Origin: a virus
Lineage: Duplodnaviria > Caudoviricetes
IMG/VR virus record: IMGVR_UViG_3300028840_000575
Coordinates: 1-61,704 of that record
Strand: one strand, 5' to 3'
DNA length: 61,704 nucleotides
The first letter of the stretch is position 1; each line of letters starts with the position of its first letter. Shown in pieces: positions 47,357 through 56,479 of this stretch. The notes beneath the pieces are model-generated. The model did not search any database, was not told where the DNA came from, and worked only from the letters and a program-made list of their open reading frames with translations. The position numbers and the translations under genes were made by a program.

Positions 47357-50309
47357 AACTGTTTCTATAACTACTTTATTGACTGATAGGATGTCAAAAC
47401 CTCTGACGTCTATTGGTAAAGGTCTAGTTTTCCTTAAAAAGAAAGCTGAAGAAGCTAAGAAAAAATTAGATCCTATAGGAAATACTGTTTCTAAAGTTGG
47501 TAAGAATTTACAGAAACATTCTGGAAGTGTAAAAACTTTTGGAAGAAATATGACTCTTATGGGTCTAGCTATTACTGGAGCACTGGCATTGACTACAAAA
47601 GCTTCTGCTGAATTTGAGCAGCAGATGGCAAATGTCAATACCATGTTGTCAGAACAAACAGAACATTTTATGCCTCAATACACTGAGCAAATAAAAGCTC
47701 TGTCTATAGGTATAGGTGAATCCACTTCTACACTATCAAAAGGTTTATATGATATACTATCTGCATCCATAGATGCCAGTAAAGCAATGGATGTTTTGGA
47801 AGTTGCTGCAAAAGCTGCAAGAGCAGGCTTGACTTCTACGGCTGTCTCTGCTGATGCTATAACAACAGTTTTAAATGCCTATGGCTGGGAAGCTGAAAGA
47901 GCTGGAGAAGTATCTGACAAATTGTTCGCTATTGTCAAACGTGGTAAAACTACTTTTGGAAGTTTAGCACCTAACATTGGAAAAGTTGCAACTCTTGCAG
48001 CATCTGCAGGATTAAGTTTTGAAGAGCTTGGTGCTGCGATATCAACTCTGACAAGAGCAGGTCTTTCAACAGAGGAAGCCATAACAGCTATTCGTGGAGT
48101 ATTAACTAATTTCTTAAGTCCAGCAGATGAGGCGAAAAAAGCTGCTGCTGAATTAGGGATTGAGCTCAACACTTCTACATTAAAGGGTGAAGGTCTTATA
48201 TCTGTATTTAGGAAATTATCAAATGCCTCTGCGGAACAAGTTGCTGCTATTGCACCGAATGTTCGTGCTCTTGTTGGTTTCCAGGGTATTTTACAACAGA
48301 CTGCTGGATTTGAAGAAGATTTGAGGATACAGTTAAATGCTGCTGGGACAACTGCTGAAGCATTTGCAAAGAACACAGATACTGCTGCATTTTCAATAGA
48401 TCAAATGAAAGCTGCTTTACAAGTGGCACGTATTGAAATAGGATCAGCATTAGCTCCTTTAATTGTTGAATTATCAGAAGACATTGTTGAATTGGTTAAA
48501 ACTATTAGAGACTGGATAAAAGAGAATCCTGAACTTTTATCAACTCTAACAGGTGTCTTGACAAAGTTAGCTGCTTTGTCATTAATCTTTGGTCCAATGA
48601 TTGGATTGGTTGGAAAGATTGCAGGAAGTTGGAAAATTCTTGGAACTGTTGGAAAAGCATTATTCAGCAGTATTTCAACTGTCAATGCTGGTGCTCTATC
48701 TTTAGTCAGTACTCTCGGTCTTGCTGCAACTGCGATTGTTCTAACAATCTATGCAATGGAGAAATATAAAGCTGGTCTTAAATCAATTGAAAGATCTCAG
48801 AAAGAAACTAATTCTGTACTTTCCAAGACCGTGGATCTTCTGAAGGATAGTGAAGATGCCTGGAAAGAATATGCGGATATAGTTGAAAATTCTAATGAGC
48901 GTGCAACATTCGCAAGACAAAAGGCTTTACTCCAGGAAAATATTTTAAGACAACAGAAAGTTTTAGCAGATCTTCAAATTCAAATAAATGAAAATAGAAG
49001 TAAATCTGATAGGGAACTTTTACTTAAGAGTAGAAAGTATGCACAAGAATCTTTAGTAGCAAATCAAAATGAGCTTCAAAATTTAACCAATCAATGGAAG
49101 AAATATGTAGAGGATAGAAAGAAACAGCAAGAAGAATTAAATAAGCAAAAGACTCCAGAAGTAGCTTCAATATCTGAAGATATGTTACAAGAATATGAGC
49201 AATATCAAAATGAAATTATATCATTAAGAGAAGGACAACGAGCAGCAGATATTGATAGTTTAGAGAATTGGTTCTTAAGACAAAAATATTTGTGGAGAGG
49301 TAACACAGAAGAGCTCGCAACTATTGAAGAGCTTTACCAATTAAAAAGAACTGATTTAGAAAAACAAGCTGCTGAGGATATTATAAAAGAATTGAATAAA
49401 GAGATCAATGAGCGTAAAAAAGCTGTTGAAACTCAAAATGAATTAGCTCAGTCTGGTGTAATATCCTTTGGTCAAGCACAAGCAAAGAATAGAGAAGAAT
49501 TAGAATTACTAAAACAAAAAACTGAAGAAGCTAAACAAAAGATAGAAGAGCTATTTGTAGACTCTCCTGAACTTGCAGAAGAGTTCATAACTAAGATAAA
49601 TGAGACAACTGCTTCTTTGAGTCAAACAAAAGATTCAGTAGATCAATTGTTTACAGGCTTCCAAGCCGGTGTTCAAAATGCAACTGATGGGATGACTCGT
49701 TGGTCAGATATAGGGATCCAGGCTGGCGAAATGATGACTGATACAATTTCAACAGGTTTGTCTGGTGCTTTTGTAGAAGCGATAAGAGGAACTAAAGATT
49801 TTGGAGATGCTGTCAAAGATATGGCTGCTTCTGTATTAGCAGATCTTGCTAAAATGATTATGAAAGCTATTATTCTAAGATCTATTATGGCAGCATTTGG
49901 ATTCAATGGTGGTGGTGAAGTGCCTGCGATGGGATTTGATTCTGGTGGCTCTGTTCCTGGTCCAGATGTTAATAGAGACATTGTACCTGCTAAATTAACT
50001 CCTGGAGAATTTGTTCATAAGAAGAAAGCTGTAGATTATTATGGTTCTGGTATTATGAATGCTCTAAATAATATGCTGATCCCTAAAGGATTACTAAGTG
50101 CATTTTCAGGAGGTAGACTTGCAGATATTAATCATTCTGGATTATTCCAAACTGGTGGAGAAGTTGGATCAACAAATTCACAACAGATAAATCCTGCTTA
50201 TATAGTGGCTGATGAACAATCAATGGATAGACTTCTCGCTGGTGGCGGATCAGCTATGAAGAATTGGTTAGAAAATAATCGTTCCGCGGTAAGAAGTATC
50301 TTAGGATAA
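47346..50309 (+). CDS. Tape measure protein (TP901-like core)
   Basis: FEQQMANV, GLYDILSA, GKTTF; C-terminal GGSVPG..DIVPAKLTPGEFV. Confidence 0.9.
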   Translation: MPNETVSITTLLTDRMSKPLTSIGKGLVFLKKKAEEAKKKLDPIGNTVSKVGKNLQKHSGSVKTFGRNMTLMGLAITGALALTTKASAEFEQQMANVNTMLSEQTEHFMPQYTEQIKALSIGIGESTSTLSKGLYDILSASIDASKAMDVLEVAAKAARAGLTSTAVSADAITTVLNAYGWEAERAGEVSDKLFAIVKRGKTTFGSLAPNIGKVATLAASAGLSFEELGAAISTLTRAGLSTEEAITAIRGVLTNFLSPADEAKKAAAELGIELNTSTLKGEGLISVFRKLSNASAEQVAAIAPNVRALVGFQGILQQTAGFEEDLRIQLNAAGTTAEAFAKNTDTAAFSIDQMKAALQVARIEIGSALAPLIVELSEDIVELVKTIRDWIKENPELLSTLTGVLTKLAALSLIFGPMIGLVGKIAGSWKILGTVGKALFSSISTVNAGALSLVSTLGLAATAIVLTIYAMEKYKAGLKSIERSQKETNSVLSKTVDLLKDSEDAWKEYADIVENSNERATFARQKALLQENILRQQKVLADLQIQINENRSKSDRELLLKSRKYAQESLVANQNELQNLTNQWKKYVEDRKKQQEELNKQKTPEVASISEDMLQEYEQYQNEIISLREGQRAADIDSLENWFLRQKYLWRGNTEELATIEELYQLKRTDLEKQAAEDIIKELNKEINERKKAVETQNELAQSGVISFGQAQAKNREELELLKQKTEEAKQKIEELFVDSPELAEEFITKINETTASLSQTKDSVDQLFTGFQAGVQNATDGMTRWSDIGIQAGEMMTDTISTGLSGAFVEAIRGTKDFGDAVKDMAASVLADLAKMIMKAIILRSIMAAFGFNGGGEVPAMGFDSGGSVPGPDVNRDIVPAKLTPGEFVHKKKAVDYYGSGIMNALNNMLIPKGLLSAFSGGRLADINHSGLFQTGGEVGSTNSQQINPAYIVADEQSMDRLLAGGGSAMKNWLENNRSAVRSILG

Positions 50310-51998
50310 ATGACATTTCAAACTACTCCAGCTACGAATTGGCCAAGTGACGAAAATAAAATATGGTTAAATCCATATATGTTTCTTCATAACTGGTCCA
50401 CGAGTATAGAAGTAAGATCAAGATGGCTTACAGATGTTTCTGCAAATAGAAATTCTGGAGAGGTCAGAGTAGGATTAGTAGATAGGCCATTTAGGGTATT
50501 AACTGCAAGATATACGGGGATGACCAAAGAACAAGTATTGGGTCATCAAATGATGTTAGGTAGAATGGGTAAAGCTCGTTTTTGGTTCCCATTATATTCG
50601 GATGTCACTTATCTAACAAGTAATGTATCGCAACCATCACAAACAACTACGACCACACTTGAGCCGTTTGTTCTTCCTTGTGATACAACGAATCGTAGAT
50701 TTTATTCTAGTAAATATGTTGCAATAGTTACTGTAGATACTGAAAGTAAATCTAAAACTCCATATGTTGATATAGTACGTATTGTTTCTGTCAATGATGA
50801 CTATCTATCTGTTTCAGGAACTCTGAGTAGAAATTATAATTTGGGATCTAAGGTATTCCCTATAACTGTTTGCAAAATACTGGCACAAGAATCTAAGGAT
50901 TCTATTACAGATAGAGTATCAGATGGCAATATAACAGTTAATGAAATAATAGGGAAATATTCTTTACCTGCTTCTGCCATTAATAAAGAGATAACAACGG
51001 ATTATTCTGAGGCTGTTGCCCCAATTGGTGAAGAATATCCAATATTGAGTATTCGTCCTGATTGGAGAGAAGGATCTATCGGTTGGGAAAGAGATCTACA
51101 GATCAATTCATCTGGCAGAGGTGAGATAATAGAGACTTATGGTAATAGACCTTTAGTTAATAAATCCACATCTTTTACTTTCCTTAATAGATCTTCAGCA
51201 TTTAATTTTCTTAAATTATTTGATTCACGTAGAGGTAGATTGCATCCTCTATTTGTAATTTCAGATTTTAATGAATACAGTGAGATATATGATATAAGCT
51301 CTGATAGAAAACAAATTTCAATAGAGTACACAGGCCCAAAAATAAATTGGGCATTCAGGCCATATCTAGCAATAAGATTGAAAGATGGAACTCACATTAT
51401 AAGAAAAGTTTGTGATGTTCTTTCTACATCGACTACCACTTATGAACCTCTTACAACTACTGCTGATCCAGGAGCAACATTAGAAAGCGTTTGTTTAGAA
51501 ACGGCATTACCTGCATTTTCATTATCTAATGTTCATAGGTTGCATACAGGCTATTTAGTAAGATTCAATAAGGATGAATTAGTTGAATCTTGGATAACAG
51601 ATTCAATTATGCAATGTAGTATAGATTTTAAAGAACTCGATGAAAAAGATATAGATTATGAGGTAGGGTATTTTGGAACAACGACTACAACACTAGAGCC
51701 GACTACTACAGCAGGGCCAACGACAACTCTTGCAGGTGATCCAGGATCTGTGACTGCTTTCTTTCCAGCAGAAGGGGAAGCATATCTGCAAGATTTGTAT
51801 TTGACAGATGCAGAAGGAACTTGGGATGGACATGTTTTAAATATGACGACAGGCAATGCAGCGGGATACTATGCAACTATTGTATATTGGGGAGGACCTG
51901 GATATCCTTGGTTCCAATTAGTTCAATATTCTTTCCCTTATCCACCAGCACCAGAAACATGGGACGTACAAGTTGGAGATCATTATGTACTATTCTAA
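50310..51998 (+). CDS. Tail tip / distal tail protein with three Thr-run inserts
   Basis: Follows the TMP; HNW...WLTDV..SGEVR.LVDRP.R repeated architecture, RRGRL. Confidence 0.65.
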   Translation: MTFQTTPATNWPSDENKIWLNPYMFLHNWSTSIEVRSRWLTDVSANRNSGEVRVGLVDRPFRVLTARYTGMTKEQVLGHQMMLGRMGKARFWFPLYSDVTYLTSNVSQPSQTTTTTLEPFVLPCDTTNRRFYSSKYVAIVTVDTESKSKTPYVDIVRIVSVNDDYLSVSGTLSRNYNLGSKVFPITVCKILAQESKDSITDRVSDGNITVNEIIGKYSLPASAINKEITTDYSEAVAPIGEEYPILSIRPDWREGSIGWERDLQINSSGRGEIIETYGNRPLVNKSTSFTFLNRSSAFNFLKLFDSRRGRLHPLFVISDFNEYSEIYDISSDRKQISIEYTGPKINWAFRPYLAIRLKDGTHIIRKVCDVLSTSTTTYEPLTTTADPGATLESVCLETALPAFSLSNVHRLHTGYLVRFNKDELVESWITDSIMQCSIDFKELDEKDIDYEVGYFGTTTTTLEPTTTAGPTTTLAGDPGSVTAFFPAEGEAYLQDLYLTDAEGTWDGHVLNMTTGNAAGYYATIVYWGGPGYPWFQLVQYSFPYPPAPETWDVQVGDHYVLF

Positions 51999-52010
51999 CA
52001 GGAGAAAAGC

Positions 52011-53105
52011 ATGACTTGCAGATTTAGAAAGAATGAAGAATGTGATTTAATTAAAAGAATTAAACCGCAGGATTGTAAAGTGAATGATTTATTTTGTCAG
52101 CATCATTGTTCTGAACATGATGATGTATTAAAAAATCAAATGTTGAAAACTCATTTTGGAGCATCTATTGATCTAGAATCGATGAAGCAAGTGAAAAGAA
52201 TTACTGTTAATGATGGGCAACTTATTGTTCTTGATACGAATGACCAATTAATCAAAAATAAAGAAATCGATAATTCTTGTATATCAGTATTATTACCTTC
52301 ATGCAATGAAGAAGATGATAATCTTAAGAATACAATAAATTCACTTTTAGAAAATGCTGTTCAAGAAGTTCAAATACTGGTAGGAATAGATGGAAGTGAC
52401 GAAGAATCATTAGATCATCCTTCAGTAGTGACAAGAAGATTTAAACAGAGAATAGGTAAAAGAAAAGTATTAAATGAATTAGCTAGTATTTCTTCAGGTG
52501 ATAAATTCTTTATACTTGATTCTCATTGTGCAATAACAAAAGGATGGGATAAAGAGTTAAAGAAATATCATTTAAGGAATTCAATTCTACAAACAACTTT
52601 AGATAGTCTAAGCCCAAGAAAATCAGATGGCACTTTATATTGGAAAGGAAAAGGAAACCGATACGATTTTGTATATCTGAATACAGAATTAAAAGATAAA
52701 TGGTGGCTCGCATATTCAAAACGTCTTCCTAAAAATTGGAAAGTAACTGAGACAATGGGGTTAACGGGATGTGGATTCTTAATTGATAAAGAGTTATTCT
52801 ACCATTTAGGTGGATACAATGAATCCTTTGGAGAACTTCGTGGTGCTGAAGGCCCCGAATGGGCTTGTAAAGTATGGCTCTCTGGTGGACAAGTTTTAAT
52901 GCACAGAAATGTCATCACTGCTCATTTGTTTAAAAAGAAGGAGCCATATACTTACAGTATTAAGAAATTAAGAGATTCGTATTCTAAAGTAAAAGAATGT
53001 TTTTGGAATAGACAAGGACCGCATCAAATCTTCTCTCCAGACTGGCTTGCAGAAAGATTTAATCCAGTCCCTAAATGGGAGGAATACTTTGAAAACAGAA
53101 AATAG
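52011..53105 (+). CDS. Polypeptide GalNAc-transferase-like (GT27-like) glycosyltransferase
   Basis: ISVLLPSCNE, IDGS, ILDSHC..KGW (DxH), GCGFLI...LGGYNE..GAEGPEWACKVWLSGG....AHLFKKKEPY. Confidence 0.75.
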   Translation: MTCRFRKNEECDLIKRIKPQDCKVNDLFCQHHCSEHDDVLKNQMLKTHFGASIDLESMKQVKRITVNDGQLIVLDTNDQLIKNKEIDNSCISVLLPSCNEEDDNLKNTINSLLENAVQEVQILVGIDGSDEESLDHPSVVTRRFKQRIGKRKVLNELASISSGDKFFILDSHCAITKGWDKELKKYHLRNSILQTTLDSLSPRKSDGTLYWKGKGNRYDFVYLNTELKDKWWLAYSKRLPKNWKVTETMGLTGCGFLIDKELFYHLGGYNESFGELRGAEGPEWACKVWLSGGQVLMHRNVITAHLFKKKEPYTYSIKKLRDSYSKVKECFWNRQGPHQIFSPDWLAERFNPVPKWEEYFENRK

Positions 53106-53802
53106 AAAAATTGGCTCCTTAGTGACAACTAAAGTAAGAGAAAAATTTCTTCCTTCACAATTACAAGATCTTTCTCCCCAATTGGATACTCTGTATGTGA
53201 CGCTAAATGGATATTCTAAGATCCCTGATTTTGTAAATGGCTTTTCAAATGTGGAATGTATTTGTGATCCTAAGAATAGAACAAGAGATATTGCTAAATT
53301 GCTAATCTCTAAAGAAGTTGGTTCTTGTTATTTCTTTACTTTTGATGATGATCTTTTATATCCTGAAGATTATGTATCTAAGTATATGGAAAAATTTGAG
53401 CAGTATGGTAAGAGGACTATTCTATGTTTACATGGAACAATATTAAAACCTAATTGGATAGTGTATTATCAGCATAGAAAAGTTTTACACTATTTTGAAC
53501 CAATGGAAAAGGATCGAATATTCGATCTTGCAGGCACAGCAACAACTGCTTTCCATACAGATTCATTAAAAATTAATTTCAATGAAATATGGGATTATGA
53601 AATAGGATCTGATCTTTGGCTTGCGTATTTTGCATATAAGAATGATATTCCTTTACAAGCAATTGCACGAAAAAAGAATTGGGTTGTTTGCAAACCTGGA
53701 ACACAAAGTTGTGGGACTCCTTTATATGTGAAAGTTGCAAAAGATAAACTATGGCAATGGAGAAGAAATAGATTCTTTAGAGGATGGAAAGTAAATGTCT
53801 AA
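53089..53802 (+). CDS. GT-A glycosyltransferase
   Basis: GGAGG RBS + TTG; VTLNGY, FTFDDDLLYP.DY (DxD), LHG, GTATTAF, SDLWLA. Confidence 0.75.
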   Translation: MKTENRKIGSLVTTKVREKFLPSQLQDLSPQLDTLYVTLNGYSKIPDFVNGFSNVECICDPKNRTRDIAKLLISKEVGSCYFFTFDDDLLYPEDYVSKYMEKFEQYGKRTILCLHGTILKPNWIVYYQHRKVLHYFEPMEKDRIFDLAGTATTAFHTDSLKINFNEIWDYEIGSDLWLAYFAYKNDIPLQAIARKKNWVVCKPGTQSCGTPLYVKVAKDKLWQWRRNRFFRGWKVNV

Positions 53803-54415
53803 TACTATCAATGTGAAAACTTTAGATGACCAAATCTCAAAGAACTTTGCAACATTGGTGTCCTTTTACTGGGATGAAGATTATTCACAACAGAGTAATT
53901 ATATTGCTTGGACAGAGGATCTTACGATCACTACTATAGAATATGAATCAATTCCAGAGTTAGAAGTTAAAATGGGGACACAACATGGTGGAGCAAAAGA
54001 TGCCCCTATAAAAATCTCTATTCCTGGATCGTTCTCGCCAATAAATAAATTAGCAAGACCATTTCCTCACTCTGATGTGAAAGTCTTGGTTGCAGAATGC
54101 GATCCTTATGATGCAGTCAATACTTATAATATTCTCTTTCTAGGGTATATAACTAAGATCAACTTAGGACGGTACTCATCAAACTCACTTGCAGAATTAA
54201 CAGTCTCAGGATTAAAATCACAATCAGAGTTTCCTGTTGGTTTTCCTGCAAATTCTGATTGTATTCTCGATTTGTTTAATAGTATTTGTAAAGTCCCAGA
54301 AGAAGAATATTCTTCAACGATCCAAAGTATATCTAGTGATGGAATGACTATACTCGTTTCAACACCTGTAGAAGTCACAACCACAACTGAAGAACCAACC
54401 ACAACTGGAGTATAG
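53795..54415 (+). CDS. Baseplate hub (DUF2163/BR0599, lambda gpL-like), N-terminal half
   Basis: LFLGYI, DCILDLFNSICK; ends VTTTTEEPTTTGV. Confidence 0.6.
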   Translation: MSNTINVKTLDDQISKNFATLVSFYWDEDYSQQSNYIAWTEDLTITTIEYESIPELEVKMGTQHGGAKDAPIKISIPGSFSPINKLARPFPHSDVKVLVAECDPYDAVNTYNILFLGYITKINLGRYSSNSLAELTVSGLKSQSEFPVGFPANSDCILDLFNSICKVPEEEYSSTIQSISSDGMTILVSTPVEVTTTTEEPTTTGV

Positions 54416-54416
54416 T

Positions 54417-55994
54417 GTGTCTGATTTAAATAAAATATTCTTAGATGCGAATAATAAATTAGATGTCTATGAAATATTTCCTGGATGGAAAGAATATAAT
54501 TCTTATACAGGGTATGACATAGGTGGTGGATCTATTTCTGTAGACGGTAATTTCACAAAGAAGATTCAAAATGGGGCTTATTATGGAATAGGCATGTATA
54601 CAATTTCTGGAGGAGTAGAGGTTTGGAAAAAGAATCTTTCTACTTCCTCTGGATTTTATTTATCTAAGCCTGTATATGATTCTACAACAGATAGACTATA
54701 TTTTGTTGTGTCTAATGGATTGAGTGGAAATAATATATACGGAGTAGATAAAGATACTGGTGGTGGCGGAGTAGCAACATTAATAGATCATAACGATTTA
54801 GGTGGTGGATTGACATCTACAGAATTTCATGATATTTCTGTAGATTCTTCTGGATATTTATATTTATCTGGGAACGGTGTTATCGCTTCAACAACTCATT
54901 GTCTTGTATTAGTTAAATTAAGTTCTGGTCTATCCGTAATAGATTACATTATAGTTGAAGAAAATTTGTCTGGAGCTGGAACTGAAATAACAAGAGACAC
55001 ATCTATTGATGTTGGGTTTATAGGCGGTGTTGAAAGAATAGTTGTTGGATTTGATGGGGAACTCGGTGATGACAAATCCAATATTCGATTATATACTTTG
55101 AGTCTAAATAAAATTTGGTCACAAAGATTAACTCCTTTTATTGACGGAATTATAAATGTTAATCCAGAATATTATGGATCAAGAAAAGTAAAAATATTTG
55201 GTGACTCACAAGATATCCTTGTGTTAATGTCAACACCTTCTAGATCATCAGGCAGATGGCAATATTACGTTGGAGGACAATGGCCAGATCCTCCTTATCA
55301 ATATTACTATATACGAGATCATACTGAGCATTTAACTTTTGATATTCTATACAGAATAAATGGAGGAAATGGTTCGACAATATGGTCTTCTCCTTTGATG
55401 GAAGTTGCAGATCAAGAGAATGTAAATCCTGCAACAGGGATTGGAAATGGAACATATGATAATTCAGCAATGGAGTATTTTGATGATCTAGATTATGATG
55501 ACTTAGGAAATATATGGGTGAGCTATTATCAAGACTACAATGATAATAGTTCTTCGATGAAGAAAATAAGTGGATCTACTGGAAGCAGTTCAAGCAATAT
55601 TTTTACAGATCCAGATTATTTTGAAGATGGTGGGAATGTCATTATACAAGGCTTTGAAGAACCAATATCTGAAACAGTTACTTCCGAGCCGACGACTACA
55701 ACAACACAAGAACCATTACCATGTGAAGTATCTAATTTATTTGAATATGGTTATATTGAAAAAGATGGTATAAGAATTCTTATACGAAAGACAAGTGGTA
55801 ATGAATTAAAATTAATAAGACCGATTCCACCAGAATGGATTGTTGGGACAGAATTAAAACTGGTCCCAGGATGTAATAAAACTCCTTGTGATTGTTTATA
55901 CAAATGGAATAACATAAATAATTTCTTAGGTCTTGGAATCAAGATGCCAAATGCTGATCCATTGACTGCTGATACTGGAGCTAATCCTGGATGA
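54417..55994 (+). CDS. Beta-propeller-like domain + C-terminal half of the baseplate hub
   Basis: GGAG + GTG start; DISVDSSGYLYLSG repeats; after TTTTTQEP: FEYGYI...LVPGCNKTPCDCLYKWNNINNFLG..MPNADP. Confidence 0.65.
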   Translation: MSDLNKIFLDANNKLDVYEIFPGWKEYNSYTGYDIGGGSISVDGNFTKKIQNGAYYGIGMYTISGGVEVWKKNLSTSSGFYLSKPVYDSTTDRLYFVVSNGLSGNNIYGVDKDTGGGGVATLIDHNDLGGGLTSTEFHDISVDSSGYLYLSGNGVIASTTHCLVLVKLSSGLSVIDYIIVEENLSGAGTEITRDTSIDVGFIGGVERIVVGFDGELGDDKSNIRLYTLSLNKIWSQRLTPFIDGIINVNPEYYGSRKVKIFGDSQDILVLMSTPSRSSGRWQYYVGGQWPDPPYQYYYIRDHTEHLTFDILYRINGGNGSTIWSSPLMEVADQENVNPATGIGNGTYDNSAMEYFDDLDYDDLGNIWVSYYQDYNDNSSSMKKISGSTGSSSSNIFTDPDYFEDGGNVIIQGFEEPISETVTSEPTTTTTQEPLPCEVSNLFEYGYIEKDGIRILIRKTSGNELKLIRPIPPEWIVGTELKLVPGCNKTPCDCLYKWNNINNFLGLGIKMPNADPLTADTGANPG

Positions 55995-56479
55995 TTCCGA
56001 TATATTGGGACAATCATAGTTGCGAACCTTTGGCAAGAAGGTTAACACAGGTCTACACAGAATGGAGAGGAACACCATATATGAGAGACCAATTATGTAA
56101 AGGTGTTGCGTGTGATTGCGTGACTTTTGCATATGGATTCTATTGTGACCTCTTCAAAATAAATTATAAAGGTGTTCATTTACCTTCTTTGCCAAAATTT
56201 TCTCCAAAGAGAAGTGGAAATTCAAAAATAACTTTTGAGTTAATAAAGATATTCAAAGAAAAATTTTCTATGGTGGAATGGGATAAGCCAATTGTTAATC
56301 CTGGAGATCTAATTGCAGCAAGGACTGGAAAAGGATTTGGCCATGTTTTTATAGTCGCTTCTGAAAAGAATTTCTTATATCATTGTAATTATGATGTAGG
56401 AGTAGTAAGATCTGGATTCAGTGCTATTGCATCAAAACCTCTTATACTAAGATCAACTGAGAGAATGTCATGGGTTTAG
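55991..56479 (+). CDS. Tail-associated NlpC/P60 protein
   Basis: WRGTPY...GVACDC, PGDL, GHVFI, LYH. Confidence 0.85.
   Translation: MIPIYWDNHSCEPLARRLTQVYTEWRGTPYMRDQLCKGVACDCVTFAYGFYCDLFKINYKGVHLPSLPKFSPKRSGNSKITFELIKIFKEKFSMVEWDKPIVNPGDLIAARTGKGFGHVFIVASEKNFLYHCNYDVGVVRSGFSAIASKPLILRSTERMSWV

Noticed and set aside
54405-54420. Stop-codon reassignment or readthrough at the TAG ending ORF 53795
   Set aside because: The next ORF is in a different frame with its own GGAG and GTG, and all conserved genes are intact under the standard bacterial code
55991-56479. NlpC/P60 gene as the endolysin
   Set aside because: Its position between hub and central fibre is the conserved tail-tip assembly slot (lambda gpK/GTA-like)
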